A stretch of DNA of 64,000 nt from an uncultured Chloroflexia bacterium (lineage in GTDB: Bacteria; Chloroflexota; Limnocylindria; Limnocylindrales; CSP1-4): the NCBI GenBank assembly GCA_963720355.1, contig CAVRFH010000004.1:723361-787360 (forward strand), given 5' to 3'. The notes below the pieces were generated by a model that was not told the origin of the DNA, did not search any database, and worked only from the letters and a program-made list of their open reading frames with translations. The translations under genes were made by a program, and so were the position numbers. This document shows positions 30,190-43,300 of the stretch, piece after piece (positions within the stretch are counted from its first letter, which is position 1; each line of letters opens with the position of its first letter).

Positions 30190-30480
30190 TCAGTCGCCGC
30201 GATGCGCGCCGCTGCGGATCTCGAAGGACGTGAACGAGCCCGTGGGCGTCGACCAGGTCGGCACCACCCGGTCGACGAGTGCCCCGGGCGGACCGGCTTC
30301 CAGGTCGGCCAGGAACGACTCCAACGCGGCGTGCGGGCCCTCGGCGACGCAGGTCACGGACCCGTCGGCGCCGTTGGCGACCCAGCCCGTCAGGTCGAGT
30401 CGCATCGCTCGGACGAGCGCGAAGTACCGGAACCCGACCCCCTGGACGCGGCCGTGGACGGTGGCCGCCAGCCGCTCCAT
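30190..30480 (-). CDS. acyP: Acylphosphatase
   Basis: About 96 aa from MERLAATVHGRVQGVGFRYF...LTGWVANGADGSV, the acylphosphatase signature. Confidence 0.8.
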   Translation of the reverse strand: MERLAATVHGRVQGVGFRYFALVRAMRLDLTGWVANGADGSVTCVAEGPHAALESFLADLEAGPPGALVDRVVPTWSTPTGSFTSFEIRSGAHRGD

Positions 30481-30482
30481 CG

Positions 30483-31694
30483 TCAGGCCGCCAGCCGCTC
30501 CGGCCGCGGCCAGGCGAGCGCGAGGTCGTCGATGACCAGCTCCGGGGCCACGTTGGTCGCGATGAGGACCGACGCCCGACCCAGCCGCTCGAGGAACGCA
30601 CCGACCTCGGCCACGCCGAGGCGAGCGGCGAGCCCACGCGTGTCGTCGAGCACGCCGATGTCGCGGATCGACCGCTCCAGGCCGCGCTGACAGAGCGCAA
30701 GATCGCGGGCCACGTCGGTCCACAGTGCGATCAGCGCCTCGGCGGCGCGCCGCCGCTCGGTGGCCGGTGCGCGGACCGGCCCGACGTCATCGCCGGCCTC
30801 GTCCCCGTCCGCCTCGGCAGCCGGTGGGGTACCGGCCGTCGGCCGCGCGCGACCCCGCTTCGATGGGGAGCCGGGAGGCGTCTCGGCCACCGACGGTGTC
30901 GCGGGCGCCGCGACGCTGAGGACCGACGCGAGCACGGTGGCCTGTGCGGCCAGCGAACGGACCCCGGACAGGCGGTCGGCCGGCCGCGCCTCGGCAAGGT
31001 CCATCAACGAGCGGGCGATGGAATCGCGCTCACGCAGGGCATCCGGCGATCGGGCCCAGGCCAGGGCGAGACCGGGCCGGCCGCCGGCGATCCGGGCCAG
31101 CCGGGCGGCCACTGGCGGCTCGGCGATGCCCTGCTCCTCGAGGAACGCCTCGATGTCGCGAACGCCGACGGGGCCCAGGTGCAGTCGCGCGCAGCGCGAC
31201 CGGATCGTCGGCAGCAGCGGCTCCTCGGCGTCGGCGCAGAGGATGATGGTGGTGGCCGACGGTGGCTCCTCGAGCGTCTTGAGCAGCGCCGTCTGGGCGT
31301 CCTCGTTCATCCGGTGCGCATCCTCGATGACCGCGACCCGCACCGCACCTTCGACGGGGAGCAGGGCAAGGTCGGCGATCAGGTCGCGGATGCCGCGGGC
31401 CTTGGCGCCGGGGCCGCCGATGATCACCTGGCGCCCAGGGCCCTCCGGCCCGAGCCGGTGCAGGTCGGGGTGGCCGGCGTGCGCGACGAGGCGGCATGAC
31501 CGACAGGTCCCGCACGGCCGCGCCGCAGCATCATCGGCCATGCACAGCAGGCCCGCGGCAAGGTCGAGCGCGAGGGTCGCCTTGCCGGAGCCGCCCGGCC
31601 CGACGATCAGGACGGCACCAGGCGACCCGCGACGGATCAGCGAGGCGACCGCAGCGAGCGCGGCGGGGTGGCCCCGCGTCCGTGCGCCGTCCAT
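30483..31694 (-). CDS. holB: DNA polymerase III subunit delta'
   Basis: LIVGPGGSGKATLA Walker A, the CGTCRSC zinc module and an SRC sensor motif, with the overall delta-prime layout. Confidence 0.8.
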   Translation of the reverse strand: MDGARTRGHPAALAAVASLIRRGSPGAVLIVGPGGSGKATLALDLAAGLLCMADDAAARPCGTCRSCRLVAHAGHPDLHRLGPEGPGRQVIIGGPGAKARGIRDLIADLALLPVEGAVRVAVIEDAHRMNEDAQTALLKTLEEPPSATTIILCADAEEPLLPTIRSRCARLHLGPVGVRDIEAFLEEQGIAEPPVAARLARIAGGRPGLALAWARSPDALRERDSIARSLMDLAEARPADRLSGVRSLAAQATVLASVLSVAAPATPSVAETPPGSPSKRGRARPTAGTPPAAEADGDEAGDDVGPVRAPATERRRAAEALIALWTDVARDLALCQRGLERSIRDIGVLDDTRGLAARLGVAEVGAFLERLGRASVLIATNVAPELVIDDLALAWPRPERLAA

Positions 31695-31704
31695 GACCCC
31701 TCGA

Positions 31705-33637
31705 TCAGGTCGCGGGGGTCGTCCGCCGGGGGGCCCGCCGCTTGGGCGCGGCCTCGGCCTGGGCGTCGCCCGACCCGTCGCTCGCGGCGGCCGGCTCGGT
31801 CGACGACGCGTCGGTCGCCGCCTTGCGGGTGGTCCGTCGCTTCGGCGCCGGCGCAGCGTCCGGCTCGTCGGTCGCCGCCGTGGCCGCCGTCCGCGTCGTG
31901 CGTCGCTTGGGCGCCGCCGCGGACGAGGCGGACCGCGAGGTCGTCGCGGTCGTCGCCTTGCCGGCGGTGGACGATCGCGTCGAGCGCCGCTTGGCGGGTG
32001 CCGCTGCGGTCACGTGGGCGTCGGCCGATCCGCCCGTGTCGGCGGTGACCGCCTGGGACGGCGGCGCCTCCGACTCCTCGCTCGCCCGGCCCGGGACCGT
32101 CTCGGTCGGTCGGGTCGGCGGAGCCTGGGTCACCTGCGCGCGCAGCATCGCCTCGAGTTCGGGCGGCACCTCGCTCCAGGGCTCGGCCGATCCCGTCGCT
32201 CGCGTCGCGTCGCGGGCTCGGGGCTCGCGGCTCTCGTATGGCCGGCTCTCCCGCGGCCCCCCACCGCCACCACCACCGCCGGCGCCGGTCCGGCCGCTGA
32301 CGTCGGGATATCGGTTGATCCCTCCGCTTCGACCGCGGCCGAAGCGCTCGCGCTCCATCGCCGACTGGTACGCGGCACGACCGCCACGCGGACCGCCGCC
32401 ACCGCGGGCCCCTTGCCCGCGACCGGTGCCGCCGCGCGCCCCGCGACGCTGTTCGGCGATGAGGTACTCGGGGATCTCGGGCTCCTCGAAGTCCTCGTCA
32501 TCGGCGAGCGGCATCAGGTTCGCCGCCGGTCCGACCGGCGTGCCGATCTGGGAATCCCAGACCGAGCCGAAGGGCGTGGTCCGTGGGGACCGCGGAGCCG
32601 GCAGCGGCTGCTCGTCCTCCTCGTCCTCGACGTCGATGTCGACATCGACGTCCTCGGCGGGGCTGCGATCGGGTGCGCCCGGATCGGGTGCGCCCGCGAC
32701 GGGCGCCTCGTCCCGGCCGCGACCACGACCACGACCACGACCACCTCGCCGGCGGCGCCGGCGTCCGGCATCGTCCCGGGACTCGTCGGCGTCGCGCTCG
32801 GCCGCGTCGGCCGCGTCGACACCGTCCACCGGCTCGGCGTCATCGAGCGTGAACACCTCGGCGGCGGCGAGATCCGCTTCGGACAGGCCGCCACCGCGCG
32901 CCTTGGACAGGCGCTCGCCGGGCATGGGGGTGACACCCTCGGCGTTGGATCCGTTCGTCGACGCGGTCGCGGGGCGACGCCCACGGCCCCGCGAGGATGT
33001 CGCCGCGACGGGCTCCGCCTCGGTGCTCCGTCCGCGACCTCGGCCGCGCGACGTGCGTCCGCCGCGCCCGACGCCGGTGCCCTCGGTCTGCTTGTCGGGG
33101 ACCTCGGTCATCGACAGGTCGGTGTCGCCGTCCGCCACCCGACGTCCCGAGCGCGAGCCCTTCTCGACGCGCGCCAGCTGGATGATGTCGGTGAACTGGT
33201 CGGCGACCTCGATGAGGTCAGAGCTCGTGTTGCCACGGAAGCTGATGACCTCGACACGGACACCCTGCTCCTGGACCGCCCGGATGGCCGGGTGCGAAAT
33301 CGCCGTCGCCGGAGACGACGATCGCGATGTCCAGGTTGCGGGCCGTCTTCATCATGTCGACGACGAGCTCGATGTCGAGGTTCGCCTTGACCTTGCCGTC
33401 GCCGTACTTGCGGATGTCCTTGCTGACGACCTTGTAGTTGCTCCGGCGCAGGAAGTCGTGGAAGTTGCGCTGGTTCTCGTTGTCCGGGTCGAGGCCCGTG
33501 TAGGCGTACGCCCGCACGAGATCCCGGCCGGCCGAGGCCGACTTCAGCAGCGTGACGTAGTCGATGTCCACGCCGGCCGCCTTGGCCGCGTAGAAGATGT
33601 TCGCCACGTCTACGAAGACGGCGACGTTCTTGCCCAA
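31705..33637 (-). CDS. NYN-domain (LabA/DUF88-like) predicted ribonuclease fused to a roughly 480-aa disordered RGG/Asp-Glu/KRR-rich tail; one frameshift near 33300
   Basis: The N-terminus (ORF 33218..33637, VAVFVDVANIFYAAK...DIAIVVSGDGDFAP) is in one frame and continues as AIRAVQEQGVRVEVISFRGNTSSDLIEVADQF in the frame of ORF 31705..33138. The tail holds RGRGRGRG runs, poly-Gly and repeated AAPKRRTTR motifs. Confidence 0.7.
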
Positions 33638-33704
33638 CTGATACTCCTTGGGTATGTGGTTGACGCCCGGCCGGCGCGATCGCGCTGCTCGGCGGGACGG
33701 TTGA

Positions 33705-34189
33705 TCAGGTGCGGCGCGCGGTGGTTCCCACAGCGGCCACGATTCGTTGGATGCGCGGGCCGGCCGGCGTGAAACCGCGGGCCGCCCAGCGGGCGAGGGC
33801 CGTCGGGTCGTCCGGACGGGCTGCCTCCACGAGGGTGCAGCCCTTGTTGCTCGCCGAGCGGACGACCTCCTCGAGGAGGGCGTCGGTCACACGGTCCGCG
33901 TCGTGGTCGGGGTCGACGACCAGGAGATCGATGGTGCCGACGAAGCCGCCGGCACGGACCGACGGACGAAGGGCCAGGACGGCCCCGCCCACGACGTGGC
34001 GCTGGCTCTCGGCGACGAAGATGCTGGCCTGCGGCAGGTAGACCAGCTGGCGCAGGAGATCTGCGGCATCGAGCGGGCTCGCGCCACGCCGTCGACGCGG
34101 AGATCCGGATCGCTCAGGGCGACGAGACGATCGATATCGGTGACACGGGCGGCTCGGACCAGGTATTCCACGCCGAAGGTTTCGCACCT
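33705..34189 (-). CDS. GNAT-family N-acetyltransferase with one frameshift near 34085
   Basis: The N-terminal half (VEYLVRAARVTDIDRLVALSD) and the C-terminal half (LVYLPQASIFVAESQRHVVGGAVL...GFVGTIDLLVVDPDHDADRVTDALLEEV) are in different frames. Confidence 0.55.
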
Positions 34190-34563
34190 CGAAAGGACGG
34201 CGACCGTCGGCCCCTCGACCGGGACAACCGACCCGTGGTCGGCACCGTCGGGCCTGCGATCCGGCCGCCGCGCGATGAGGACGCGGCGCGGATGCGGCCG
34301 ACCGGTATTGCATTCGGGTCGCCGGTGCCTATGATACGGCATCGTTTCGGCGGTCACCTGCGCGCCGCCCGAACACGGTCCTGCGTCGCCTCCGTCACGC
34401 ACCGCGCTCGCTCCGTCGACGCCCTGGGAGGGCACCGTCGAGGGACAGCGCGTGAGGGTGGACGGTGCGTCTTCGCATCTGCCGGATCGGGTAGGGCCGG
34501 GTGCCACCGAGCGACGGACGTCCGGGAGGTTCCGGGCGATCCTGGTACCCAGGAGGAGAATGC

Positions 34564-35794
34564 ATGAGAAAGACCAAGGTCGGGGCGCTTGCCGCCGTCG
34601 CGATGCTCGCCTTTGCGGCGTGCAGCGGCGGACGGCGGCGGGACAGCGAGCAAGGGCGAGATCGAGATCTGGTCCTCGCTGCCGCGCCAGGGTTCGAGCA
34701 AGGCCCAGACCGACACGATCGTCAACGCGATCAACATGGCCATCGAGGAGAAGGCCGGCGGCAAGGCCGGCGGTTACACGATCGTCTACAAGGACGTCGA
34801 CGACTCCACGGCCGCCGCCGGCAAGTGGGACGAGGCGACCGAGATCAAGAACGCCAACGACGCCGTCGCCAACGACAAGCTCGTGGCGTACATCGGCACG
34901 TTCAACTCGGGTGCTGCCAAGCTGTCGATCCCGATCCTCTGCGGTAAGGGCATCGTGATGATCAGCCCGGCCAACACGGGCGTCGGCCTGACCAAGCCCT
35001 TCGAAGAGGGCGAGCCGGACAAGTACTACCCGAACGGCTGCAAGAAGAACTACACGCGCGTCATCCCGGACGACGACCTCCAGGGCGAACGCTGGCGCGA
35101 AGTGGGCGTCCCAGCTCGAGCGCAAGAACGTCTACATCCTCGACGACACCGAGGTCTACGGCAAGGGCATCGCCGACGTCTTCGATTCGAGGGCTGCGGA
35201 GTATGGCCTGACCGTCCTCGGCCGCGATGGCATCGACGGCAAGGCGTCCGACTACAAGGCCCTGGCCGAGAAGATCAAGGCCACCAACCCCGACCTCGTC
35301 TACTACGGCGGGATCACCCAGAACAACGCCGGCCAGCTGTGGCGCGACCTGCGCGACGCGATGCCGGACGTCAAGCTCATGGGTCCCGACGGCATCTACG
35401 AGGGCGAGTTCCTCGAGGCTGCCGCGGCAGCCGCGGAAGGCAGCTACATCACCTTCGGTGGCGTGCCGCCGGACCAGCTGACCGGCAAGGGCGCGGAGTT
35501 CGTCGACAAGTACACGGCGAAGTACCCGAACAACCCGATCGAGGGCTACACGGCCTACGGCTACGAGGCGGCGCAAGGTCGTCCTCGCGGCCATCGAGCG
35601 GGCTGCTGCCAAGAACCCGGCCGACGTCGCGGCGCTCCGAGCCCTCGTCCTCGACGAGGTCAAGGCGACGAAGGACTACGACGGCGTGCTCGGCACGTGG
35701 AGCTTCGACGCCGACGGTGACACCAGCCGCGACGACGATGTCCGGTCTGATCATCACCGGCGGCGAGTTCAAGTTCGACACCGTCATCGAGTAG
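34564..35794 (+). pseudogene. livK: Branched-chain amino-acid ABC transporter substrate-binding lipoprotein (LivK/LivJ-like) with four frameshifts
   Basis: AGGAGGAG ribosome-binding site, then MRKTKVGALAAVAMLAFAACSGG; the protein can be followed through four frame changes near 34630, 35095, 35578 and 35740 and ends ...GEFKFDTVIE stop. Confidence 0.75.
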
Positions 35795-35893
35795 CTCCCT
35801 CCTTCGGAGAGGAACAACGGCCGGCCGCTCGGCAGCGCGTCGAGCGGCCGGCCACCATCCACTGACCTCCGGCACTACCGTGAGGAGAGGGCG

Positions 35894-36829
35894 TTGGAGG
35901 AGCTGGTCAAGGCGCTGACGATCGGCCTGACGAACGGCTTGGTCATCGCGCTGATCGCGATCGGGTACACCCTCGTCTACGGCATCCTCGAACTCATCAA
36001 CTTCGCCCACGCCGACGTGTTCATGCTCGGCACGGCATTCACCTTCTTCGCCACCGAGCTCATCGTCGGCGCCCTGGGCATCCCGGCGATCGGCGCTCCT
36101 CGCGCTGCTCCTCACGTTCATGGCGCTGCCGATCGTCATGCTACTGACCGCGGGGATCAATGCCGGCATCGAACGCGTGGCCTATCGGCCCCTGCGCAAC
36201 GCCCCGCAGATCTGGCCCCGCTGATCAGCGCGATCGGGATGTCCTTCGTGCTGCAGAACATCGGCCTCGTCCTGCTCGGTCCGTCACAGAAGGCGGTCGA
36301 GCCCGTGCTTCCGCGGACCGATCTCGTCACCTTTCCGAGCGGCGCGTCGTGGTTCGGGGTCGACGAGCGTCGATGGTCCTCTCGGTCACGATCCCGCTCC
36401 TGCTCGCCCTGCGCTGGTTCGTCGGCAGGACGCGGCAGGGCAAGGCGATGCGGGCCACCGCCCAGGATCGCGAGGCGTCCGGCCTGATGGGCATCGACGT
36501 CAACCGGACGATCTCGCTGACCTTCCTCATCGCCGGCGCGCTGGCCGGTGCGGCCGGGCTGGTCGTCGCCCTGTACTACGGCCAGACGTTCTTCCAGTTC
36601 GGCTTCCAGTTCGGCCTGCTGTCATTCACGGCCGCGGTCATCGGCGGGATCGGCAACCTGACCGGGGCCACGCTCGGCGGGATCGTCATCGGCCTGATCG
36701 CCGCGATGTCGGACCGGTTCCTCGAGGCGAAGTGGACACAGCGTCATCGTCTTCTCGCTCCTGATCCTCGTCCTGGTCTTCCGGCCCGACCGGGCTCCTG
36801 GCCGAGAAGGCAGTCGGAGCGTGCCTGAC

Positions 36830-36833
<4 letters not shown>
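35894..36833 (+). pseudogene. livH: Branched-chain amino-acid ABC permease LivH with about four frameshifts
   Basis: MEELVKALTIGLTNGLVIALIAIGYTLVYG, then LivH-like pieces in alternating frames, ending ...VLVFRPDGLLAEKAVGACLT stop, which overlaps the livM ATG. Confidence 0.7.
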
Positions 36834-38214
<1,381 letters not shown>

Positions 38215-38218
<4 letters not shown>

Positions 38219-39040
38219 CGGCCGACGCCGGCCGTCGCAGCCCGAGACGGGCGGCGACCTGCTCGTCGCCAAGGGCTGCACGAAGCGGTTCGGCGGGCTG
38301 GTCGCGGTCAGCAACATCGACTTCACGATCCCGCGCGGCGTCGATCGTGAGCCTCATCGGTCCCAACGGCGCCGGCAAGACGACGTTCTTCAACATGATC
38401 ACCGGCCTGTACGTCCCGACCGAGGGCTCGATCGTGTTCGACGGCACGGAGCATCACCGGCCGCAAGCCGCACGAGGTCGTCCGTCTCGGGATCGCCCGG
38501 ACGTTCCAGAACATCCGCCTGTTCGGCAACATGACGGCCGAGGAGAACGTGCTCGTCGGCCTGCACCACCGGCTCAAGGGCCGCTGGTTCGGCGCCGATC
38601 CTGCGGCCGCCGTCGATCCGGCGCGAGGAGGAGGAGGCGCACGACCGAGGCGCATGGAGCTGCTCGAGCTGGTCGGGCCTCGAAGCGGCGCTCGCCAGAC
38701 CCTCGCCCGCAACCTGCCGTACGGCGACCAGCGGCGCCTGGAGATCGCCCGCGCGCTGGCCACGGACCCGAAGCTGCTGCTGCTCGACGAGCCGACCGCC
38801 GGCATGAACCCCGAGGAGACCCGCCGGCTGACCGACTTCGTCCGCGAGCTGCGCGACGCGACTCGGCCTGACCGTCCTCCTGATCGAGCACGACATGAAG
38901 GTGGTCATGGGCATCAGCGACCGCGTCACCGTCCTCGACCACGGCGAGAAGATCGCCGAGGGCACGCCGGCCGAGGTGCGCGCCGACCGCGGGTCATCGA
39001 GGCCTATCTCGGGCCGCGGCGCGGCTGGGGCGGGCTGACC
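38215..39040 (+). pseudogene. livG: Branched-chain amino-acid ABC ATPase LivG with multiple frameshifts
   Basis: FGGLVAVSNIDFTIPRG, SLIGPNGAGKTTFFNMITG (Walker A), LLLLDEPTAGMNPEE and [19 protein letters not shown] are found in three frames; ends are approximate. Confidence 0.7.
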
Positions 39041-39041
39041 G

Positions 39042-39757
39042 ATGGCGCTGCTCGAGCTGCGCGACGTCCACACCTACTACGGCAACATCCACGCCCTGAA
39101 GGGCATCTCGCTGACGGTCGACAGGGCGAGATCGTCACGCTCATCGGCTCCAACGGCGCCGGCAAGTCGACGACCCTCAAGACGATCAGCGGGCTGCTCC
39201 GCCCGCGCCAGGGCGAGATCCACTTCGAGGGCGAGCGGCTCGACGGGCATCCCGCCCCACGATGATCGTGGCGAAGGGCATCTGCCAGTCGCCCGAGGGG
39301 CGCCGCATCTTCCCGCGCATGACGGTCCGCGAGAACCTCGAGATGGGCGCCTTCCAGCGGACCAAGGGCGCCGACCTCGACGCCGACTTCGAGCGCGTCT
39401 TCACGCTCTTCCCGCGGCTCAAGGAGCGCGCTCCGCCAGAACGGCGGGACGCTGTCCGGCGGCGAGCAGCAGATGCTGGCGATCGGGCGCGCCCTGATGG
39501 CCCGGCCCGAAGCTGCTGCTGCTCGACGAGCCGTCGATGGGTCTCGCGCCGATCCTGGTCGAGCAGATCTTCGACATCATCAAGGACATCAACGCGGCCG
39601 GCACGACCGTGCTGCTGGTCGAGCAGAACGCGCTCATGGCGCTCGGCATCGCCGCGCGCGGCTACATCCTCCAGACCGGCGAGATCGTGCTCCAGGACTC
39701 GGCCGAACGACTGATCGTCGAACCCCGAGGTCCAGAAGGCCTACCTGGGCGGCTTGA
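39042..39757 (+). pseudogene. livF: Branched-chain amino-acid ABC ATPase LivF with about five frameshifts
   Basis: MALLELRDVHTYYGNIHALKGISLTVD, LIGSNGAGKSTTLKTISG, LSGGEQQMLAIGRALMA and ILVEQIFDIIKDINAAGTTVLLVEQNA are in different frames; the stop is lost to a 1-nt insertion near 39753. Confidence 0.7.
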
Positions 39758-40232
39758 CCCCAGCGTCGCGCCGGCGGCGCCGGTCAGGCGGACGGCGCCG
39801 GCGATGCCGGCCGACCCGCATGCGGTTGCCGCAGACGGCGGCCTCGCACCACACGCGGTTCCCGCGCGGCGACCGGTCGACGAACAGGAACCGGCAGCGG
39901 GGATTGCCGCAACGGCGCAGCCGCTCGCGGACCTCGGCCAGCGCGAGGGCCGCCGGTAACAGGTCGTCGGCGACGCCGTCCCAGCCGGTCCCCGCCGAAT
40001 GGCGCGTGCGGTCGGATCGCACCCGAAAGGCGACGGCCGCGAGCGCATCGTCGAGCTCGCGTCGCCAGCGCCCGACGTCGAGTGCCGGCTCGTCGGCCGA
40101 GCGCGCCCAGGCGACGCGCGGATGGCGACGCAGCCGGGCGAGCTGGCGCCGCGGTGGGAGGTACGGCCGGGACCGGGAGTCGTGGTCGCCGAGGAAGCTC
40201 GGCGGCGACGGCCGGGGCGTCGAGGTGGTCAT
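39741..40232 (-). CDS. CGNR zinc-finger (ABATE/DUF1470-type) putative regulator
   Basis: C-terminal CGNPRCRFLFVDRSPRGNRVWCEAAVCGNRMRVGRH is the CGNR zinc-finger signature; sits divergent to the ABC transporter. Confidence 0.6.
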   Translation of the reverse strand: MTTSTPRPSPPSFLGDHDSRSRPYLPPRRQLARLRRHPRVAWARSADEPALDVGRWRRELDDALAAVAFRVRSDRTRHSAGTGWDGVADDLLPAALALAEVRERLRRCGNPRCRFLFVDRSPRGNRVWCEAAVCGNRMRVGRHRRRRPPDRRRRRDAGVKPPR

Positions 40233-40364
40233 GGTCCGGCTCGCCCGCTCGGGCACGGCGACGATAGTGCCCGCCCGGGCCGTGGATCTGTTGGCGAGCC
40301 CCAAGGCGGCCTCGGGACCGAGGCGCCATGTAACGCCATATCCATCGACGGGTTGAGGTTACAC

Positions 40365-43300
40365 ATGCGCGCGATGAGCCGGACCGATCGTCGCGCTCGT
40401 CGCCGCCCGCCTGCGCCGACGGGGGGCCACCGCGGCGGTCTCCATGGCCGCGGTCGGTGCGGCGACGGCGCTGGTCGCCGTCGTCGTCGGGGATCGGCCT
40501 CGTCGCGGCGGACGCGCACCGTGCGCGACAGGCGCTCGGCGTCGACCGGCACCGACCGGCCGGTCGTCCGCGTCTCGCACTTCTCGGCCACGTCGACGCG
40601 ACGTCGCCGCGACCGATGGCCGGCGCCGGGTCTGCGCTCGACCGACGCTCGCGCGTTCGCCGAGCCGACCGGTGCGCGGCGTGATCGTCCGGCGAGCTCG
40701 CGACCTCGAGCCACCCGTCGTCGAGCTCGTCGTCGGCGTCGACGATGCCGGGCCGATGGATCGACGCTCATCGAGGGCCGCCTGCCGGCGCCGTGCCTCG
40801 ACGGGCGCCGCATGCGAGGCCATCCTGCTCTCCGAGGACGCGCCGCGACGCCGACTTCAGCGTCGCCCGGCCGGCGCTCGGACCTCGAGCTCACGATCGT
40901 CGGACGCGGCCGGCTCGATCGCGCCGTCCCGTTCGGCGTCCTCGACCAGCGCGGGCCCGTTCGGCGAGACCGGCCGGCGGCGGCGACTACCAGACGGGCC
41001 GGCGCCAGCCCGGCCGTCCTGCTGGTGACGGCGTCGACGCCCTGGCCGCCGAGCCCGGCCCTCGAGCGGACCGGGCGGACCTACGTCTGGACCGCGCCGC
41101 TGGTCGATCGGCGCGATCCATCCGTGGACGGCGAGGCGTTCCGCGAGCCGTGGCCGAGGCGCGACGCGCGACCTGTCGGCGCAGGACAGCGCGTTCACGA
41201 TCGCCAGCCCGATCGGCACGCATCGCCACGGAGCTCGCCCGGGCCGATGCCGCGCGCGGCCGGCTGCTGCTCATCGGCTCGCTCGGCGTCGCGATCCTGC
41301 TGGCCTTCGCCGTCTTCCTCGCCCTCGTCGTGCGCGACGACGTCGCCGCCGAGGTCGCCCGCCTGACGCGCGGTCGGTGCCGGCGCCGGCGACCGGGTCG
41401 CCTTCCTGGTCCTCGAGGCGGTCGTCCCGGCACGTCGGCGGCGGGGTCATCGGGTGGGCCGCCGGCGCGCTGCTCGTCGGCGGGCCTCGCGGCTGGGCCG
41501 GCGTCGATATCGGCGCGGTCGTGGCGCGGCGCCGTGCTCGCGCCCGGCGCGCGCTTGGCGCGGCGATCGCCGTCTGGTGGTCGTGGCCGTCGCGGTCGAC
41601 CGCCGTGCGACCGCGCCCCGGTCGGCCCGGGCGCGCCGGCTCGTCCGGTCGGCGGCGTCGTCGGCGGTGACGGCGGTCGTGCATCGCTGCGGCTGGCAGG
41701 TCGCCGCCGGCGGACCGCTCGGCGCCGACGCGCTGGCCGCGGCACTGGCCAGCCCGGTCGTCGTGCTGCTGCCGCCCGCGCTCGCCTTCCTGCTCGCGCT
41801 CGGTTCGTGATCGCCGCGCTGCCGCCGTGCTGCGCGCGCTCGCCAGCCGGCGGTCGGCGGCGCTCCGCTGCCCGGTCCGCCTGTCGCTGCTCTCGATCTC
41901 GCGCGAGCCCGGACGGCCCGCCGCGACGCTGACGCTGCTCGCGTTCAGCCTCGGCGCGATCGTCTTCGCGCACGGGCTGGTCGGCCACGCTGCAGCACGG
42001 GGATCGAGGACGCCGCCGCCTACCGCTCGGGCCTCGACCTGCGGGTCACGGAGCTCGGGACCGGGCTGTCGATCGCGCGCTCCGTCGTGCCGGTCGACCG
42101 CTACGCGACCCTCGGGCGCGGACGTCCGGGCGGTCCCCGTCTACCGCGACGCCAGCACGACGCAGCCGGGCGGCCGCGTCGAGATCGTCGGCATCGACCC
42201 CGGCGCGCTTGGCCGACCCTGCCCGGCTGGCGCGCGGACTTCTCGACGACGTCCCGTGCCGAGCTGGCCGACCGCCTGCGGTTCCGCCCCGGCCGGCGGC
42301 TGGCAGGTCGGCGGGCATCGCCTGCCCGCCGGCGAAGCGCGCCTCGACGCTCCGCTTCCGCTACAGCGGCGAGCCGCTGCGGCTCGACGCGCATCGTCGC
42401 GACCGACGGCGGCGACAGCGCGCCGGTCCCGTCGGCACGATCCACGACGGGATGACGTCCGCCGCGGCCGATCTGCCGGACGGCGCGCGTCGGCGGCACG
42501 CTGACCGCGCTCATCTTCCACAACGACCGGATCGTCGCCGGGCTCCGGGCACCAGCACGAGCGTGTTCGCGCGCGACCGTCGACCTTCGAGGGCCTCGAC
42601 GGCCTGGTCGACGACCGACCCGATCGACCTCGAGGTCTTCACGGTCGTCAGCGCGGTCATCATCCGAGCGCCGCAGGCGACCGACGGGCTGGCCTGCCGG
42701 CCATCGTCAGCCCCGATCTCGCGGCCGAGGCGCGCGGCCGACGGCCGCCTCGACCTCGCACGTCGGCAACGGCGGCTCGCTCCCGCTGCGCGTCGTCGGG
42801 CGTCGCCGACCGGGCACCGACGGTCGTCGATGCCGCGCCCGCGATTCGTCGATCGTGCCGCTCGATCCGTTCCTCGTCGCGCTCGCGTCCGCCGGTGCCC
42901 GGGTCGGGACGGCCGTCCGAGATGTGGATCGACCGTCGACCGACGAGCGCGCATCGACGAGGTCCGCGCGGCGCTGGCCGACCCGCCGTTCCGGTTCGCC
43001 CGAGGTCACCGAGCGGGCCGACCTGGTCGCCGAGCGCGCCGGCCGACCCGCTCAGCCAGGCCATCGTGTGGGCGCTGGTCGTCGCTGCCCTGGCCGGACT
43101 CGTCCTGTCCGTCGCGGGCTGCTCGTCTGGGGGCCGTGACCGACCTCCGCGACGAGCGCGGCGAGCTGGCCGACCTCGAGGCCCAGGGCGTGCCGCCCAG
43201 TCGCCCTGCGCTGGCACGCCCTGGCGCGGACGGCCTGGCTGGCGATCGGTGGGGGCGCTGGCCGGGCTCGCCGTCGGGCTGGTGCTCATGGCCGTCGTCG

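Noticed and set aside
30760-33390. 876-aa plus-strand ORF, the longest in the ORF track
   Set aside because: It is antisense to holB and the NYN gene and translates to Arg/Pro/Gly low-complexity sequence with no motifs. This is a typical spurious open frame in 72% GC DNA, and the real genes are on the minus strand.
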